Source: Eubacteriales Family XIII. Incertae Sedis bacterium
GTDB lineage: Bacteria; Bacillota; Clostridia; Peptostreptococcales; Anaerovoracaceae
Length of the DNA stretch: 51,017 nt
Assembly: GCA_031270275.1 (NCBI GenBank)
Contig: JAISXZ010000166.1
Coordinates: forward strand, 1-51,017
Reading direction: 5' to 3'
Shown: positions 50,999-51,017 of the stretch, in pieces
Numbering within the stretch: position 1 is the first letter of the stretch
Layout of the letters: every line of letters begins with the position of its first letter
The notes under the pieces: model-generated
Databases searched by the model: none
Seen by the model: only the letters and a program-made list of their open reading frames with translations
What the model was told of the DNA's origin: nothing
Position numbers and translations under genes: made by a program

Positions 50999-51017
50999 CG
51001 TCGCCTCCGTCGCGGCC

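Noticed and set aside
1-51017. tRNA, rRNA, tmRNA, RNase P or SRP RNA genes; transposases or integrases
   Set aside because: I saw no T-loop/acceptor-type motifs or conserved RNA cores, and no ORF with transposase or recombinase signatures. The only mobile-looking items are the small structured repeats and the toxin-antitoxin remnant.

Overview
Visibly GC-rich, densely coding chromosomal segment that looks clostridial. The pointers are a SCIFF peptide with its radical-SAM maturase, an SLH-anchored protease, a T-box leader and HigBA-type remnants. I support about 45 protein genes and found no rRNA, tRNA or CRISPR array. Content, left to right: (1) a four-gene + strand operon of isochorismatase-family hydrolase, APC permease, PLP decarboxylase and cyclase-family hydrolase. 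(2) thrC, a copper-amine-oxidase-N-domain membrane protein, and dapH. (3) A Liv-type ABC importer operon with an embedded SDR epimerase, divergent from a nine-gene redox/kinase cluster holding two FAD-linked oxidases, a glycerol-kinase paralog, glycerol dehydrogenase, an SDR and two EtfBA pairs (one highly divergent), followed by a convergent YhfZ-like regulator. (4) T-box-controlled leuA-leuC-leuD-leuB-ridA. (5) A roughly 19-kb co-directional minus-strand run: rplM-rpsI, SCIFF precursor and maturase, a small Cys/His membrane protein, a Znu/Tro-like metal ABC importer whose permease carries a C-terminal extracytoplasmic CC-motif domain, a ThrE-family exporter, a zinc-ribbon tandem-repeat protein, a PEPCK-like protein, UPF0182, a type-III-like glutamine synthetase and an S8/SLH protease. 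(6) An orphan higA with a broken higB at the right edge. The least explained signals are two families of structured intergenic repeats. IR-A is a three-hairpin element with three copies. IR-B is a long hairpin butting onto ribosome-binding sites, with four copies. Both show compensatory stem substitutions and a fixed orientation relative to the downstream gene. Also unexplained are the doubled-ETF catabolic cluster and the SCIFF, Cys/His-protein and metal-importer neighbourhood. All calls rest on reading the sequence and ORF translations; no database search was run.
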